A model generated the notes under the pieces. The model searched no databases, was not told the DNA's origin, and saw only the letters and a list, made by a program, of their open reading frames with translations. The translations under genes and the position numbers were made by a program. From the NCBI GenBank assembly GCA_024278135.1, contig JAJRTU010000321.1, forward strand, positions 1 through 63,715: a stretch of 63,715 nt of DNA, given 5' to 3'. This document shows positions 61,280-63,715 of the stretch, piece after piece; within the stretch, counting starts at the first letter, position 1, and every line of letters starts with the position of its first letter. This stretch comes from Gammaproteobacteria bacterium. GTDB lineage: Bacteria; Pseudomonadota; Gammaproteobacteria; Eutrophobiales; Eutrophobiaceae.

Positions 61280-63715
61280 GTGATTGAGCAAACATCAAGC
61301 GAGCTGAAGTCTGTTGTTGTTGCTGCGGAAGATCTGGATTCTTCAGCGGCCAGTTATGCGCGTGATCTCGTTAAGCTGTTATCGACTCAGTTAAACAAGG
61401 TTATCGAAATACGCCAGCCGGGAATACTGCCTTTCATCAGCGGTGATAAAGCCTTGACCGAGGCCAGCAACGCTGAAGCCGAGAGTGTGCTCCAGGCCTG
61501 GGGTATCTGGTTTCAATTGCTGAATATTGCTGAAGAAAACACCGGCATGCGTCGGCGCCGACAGACGGAAGACCTGTTGGGCCTGGACAAGGTGCCAGGC
61601 ACTTTTGCCAACGTTTTTGCCCAGGCAAAAACAGCGGGAGTCAGTGCCGAAGCGATCCAGCTGTTGTTAAATAAGGCAGGCGTCAGTCCGACGATTACCG
61701 CGCATCCGACGGAAGCCAAGCGGGTGACTATTCTGGAGATCCATCGCCGGATCTATATTCTTCTGTATCGGCTGGAAGCGGCGCGCTGGACCCAACGGGA
61801 GCGCAGCCGCTTTATTGATGATTTGCGTAATGAAATAGATCTGTTGTGGTTGACGGGTGAGCTGCGTATGGAAAAACCCACTGTCGCCAATGAAGTGGCG
61901 TGGGGTTTACATTTTTTCCAGCAGGCATTGTTCGAACGCATACCTGAAACACTGGAACGTCTGGAGTGGTCACTCCGCCACCAGTATCCGCAGCATGAAT
62001 TTCATATCCCACCTTTTTTTCAATTTGGCTCATGGATTGGCGGTGATCGGGATGGCAATCCTTTTGTCACTAATGAAGTGACTGAGAACACATTGTTGAG
62101 TAACCGTCGTGTGGTCCTGCAACATTATCAATCAAAGCTGAAGGATATATTGGTACGATGCAGCATTTCGCGGAATGCGATTGAGTTATCTGCCGATTTT
62201 GAAAGAGATCTTCAACGCCTGCTTCATCAGAGCGGACAGAAAGATGAACTGGTCGTACGTAATCCCGGTGAAGTATTCAGGCAATATCTCATGTGTATGA
62301 GCCTGCAACTTGCTGGCACCTTGAGACAGCGTGAGGCGACCGGCGATGGTGAATCCTGTTATTACAAGAGCGCTGACGAATTCATAGATGATCTGAAGAC
62401 TGTCGAACAGGGCATGATTGATGCTGCCTGTGAACAACTGGCCATTGCACTGATTCGACCTTTGCTGCGCGAGGCCGAGGCCTACCGTTTCTGCACCGTT
62501 CGTCTGGACTTGCGGGAGAACACCACTGTAACCACGGCGACCTTGCAAAGTATCTGGTGTGAGTTAAATGATGCGAAGGAAGCACCGCAACCCGGATCGG
62601 AGCAGTGGCAGCAGTGGTTAATCGATGAACTGGCCCGGCCGCTTGAGGTCTTACCCGAATTTACCCGCTTGAGTGAACGGGCCGCTTCCACCTTTGGATT
62701 ATTCCAGCTCATCGCCAGCATGCGCGTGGAACTGGATAGCGCGGCTATCGGCCATTTCGTTCTGAGTATGACACGATCAGTGGAGGATATTCTGGGACTG
62801 TATTTACTGGCCAAATACAGTGGTAATTTTGTCGATGAGGCCGCTACTGAATTATGTCAACTGCCCATTGTGCCTCTGTTTGAAACCATAGACGACTTGC
62901 GAGCAGCACCGGCGATCATGAAGGCGGTATTGAAAACACCGGTGATCCGGCGTTCGGTAAAGGAGCAGGGTGCGGTACAGGAGGTGATGATTGGTTATTC
63001 CGATTCCAACAAGGACGGCGGTTTTTTCACTTCCAACTGGGAGCTGAGCAAGGCCCAGGCCGAGTTGACAAAAGTCGGGCAGGAGAGCGGTATCTCGATT
63101 TCATTTTTCCATGGTCGCGGTGGTTCCGTGAGCCGTGGCGGCGCACCCACGGGCCGTGCTATTGCTGCGCAACCGGCGGGTTCGATAAACGGACGCATGC
63201 GGCTGACGGAACAGGGTGAGGTCGTTTCGTCAAAATATGCCAACCAGGGCACGGCACAATACCAAATGGAGCTGCTGGCGGCCTGTGTATTCGAACACTC
63301 TCTGAAATCATTGAATGAGGCCGAATTGAGACCCAATCCAGAGCATGATCAGGCCATGGAAGCCCTGTCTAATATTGCCTTCACCAGCTACCGGCAACTG
63401 GCCGAAACCGAAGGGCTGGTGGATTACTACAGTGCTGCCAGCCCGGTGGAAGAACTGGCGATGATGAAGATTGGTTCGCGCCCGGCAAAACGTTTTGGTG
63501 CCAACAGTCTTGACGATCTGCGTGCCATTCCCTGGGTGTTTGCCTGGACGCAGAACCGGCATCATGTCCCATCATGGTATGGCATCGGCACAGCAATTGA
63601 AGGTTTCATCAAAGTCAGAAGCGAAGAAGGCGAAGCATTACTTAAACAGATGTTCAGGGAATCACGTCTGTTTCGACTGATTATGGATGAAGCAGAAAAA
63701 TCCCTGGCCTTTGTC
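61280..63715 (+). CDS. ppc: Phosphoenolpyruvate carboxylase, runs off the window (not in ORF track)
   Basis: Manual translation from GTG at 61280 gives FQLLNIAEE, TITAHPTE, GSWIGGDRDGNP, QEVMIGYSDSNKDGG, FHGRGGSVSRGG, TEQGE, GSRPAKR, LRAIPWVFAWTQ. Confidence 0.94.
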   Translation, partial: MIEQTSSELKSVVVAAEDLDSSAASYARDLVKLLSTQLNKVIEIRQPGILPFISGDKALTEASNAEAESVLQAWGIWFQLLNIAEENTGMRRRRQTEDLLGLDKVPGTFANVFAQAKTAGVSAEAIQLLLNKAGVSPTITAHPTEAKRVTILEIHRRIYILLYRLEAARWTQRERSRFIDDLRNEIDLLWLTGELRMEKPTVANEVAWGLHFFQQALFERIPETLERLEWSLRHQYPQHEFHIPPFFQFGSWIGGDRDGNPFVTNEVTENTLLSNRRVVLQHYQSKLKDILVRCSISRNAIELSADFERDLQRLLHQSGQKDELVVRNPGEVFRQYLMCMSLQLAGTLRQREATGDGESCYYKSADEFIDDLKTVEQGMIDAACEQLAIALIRPLLREAEAYRFCTVRLDLRENTTVTTATLQSIWCELNDAKEAPQPGSEQWQQWLIDELARPLEVLPEFTRLSERAASTFGLFQLIASMRVELDSAAIGHFVLSMTRSVEDILGLYLLAKYSGNFVDEAATELCQLPIVPLFETIDDLRAAPAIMKAVLKTPVIRRSVKEQGAVQEVMIGYSDSNKDGGFFTSNWELSKAQAELTKVGQESGISISFFHGRGGSVSRGGAPTGRAIAAQPAGSINGRMRLTEQGEVVSSKYANQGTAQYQMELLAACVFEHSLKSLNEAELRPNPEHDQAMEALSNIAFTSYRQLAETEGLVDYYSAASPVEELAMMKIGSRPAKRFGANSLDDLRAIPWVFAWTQNRHHVPSWYGIGTAIEGFIKVRSEEGEALLKQMFRESRLFRLIMDEAEKSLAFV

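Noticed and set aside
1..63715. CRISPR arrays, prophage, IS/integrase, rRNA, tRNA or defence systems
   Set aside because: I saw no regularly spaced direct repeats and no recombinase, transposase or phage motifs; nearly all sequence is accounted for by the listed genes.

Overview
63.7 kb of chromosome at roughly 50% GC from a Gammaproteobacterium, probably marine or sediment-dwelling. The assignment rests on the recG-ridA-spoT-rpoZ-gmk-yicC/rph-rdgB-hemW synteny, birA-coaX-SPOR, a 14-gene nuoA-N operon with separate nuoC and nuoD, aceK and NhaD-type antiporters. Most of the window is housekeeping; I saw no tRNA, rRNA, CRISPR, prophage or IS. Family calls come from motif recognition, not database searches. 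Notable points: (1) a serine-cycle C1-assimilation cluster (sgaA-mcl-mtkA-mtkB-hydroxypyruvate reductase-ppc, running off the right end) with a structured leader; (2) an abutting icd-aceK pair in which the IDH carries the Bacillus-type helical insert reported to hinder AceK phosphorylation; (3) a SAM-II riboswitch with promoter and candidate expression platform before metZ; (4) a VWA(out)-TM-FHA(in) protein whose acidic tail holds repeated Thr motifs, plus an orphan membrane Ser/Thr kinase and an uncalled gene with a perfect CRP box, together suggesting an undescribed pThr signalling module; (5) a SPOR / TPR-NTF2 / L,D-transpeptidase / M14-amidase peptidoglycan-editing locus; (6) two genes each broken by one in-frame nonsense codon (L,D-transpeptidase TAG at 8991, malyl-CoA lyase TAA at 57498).
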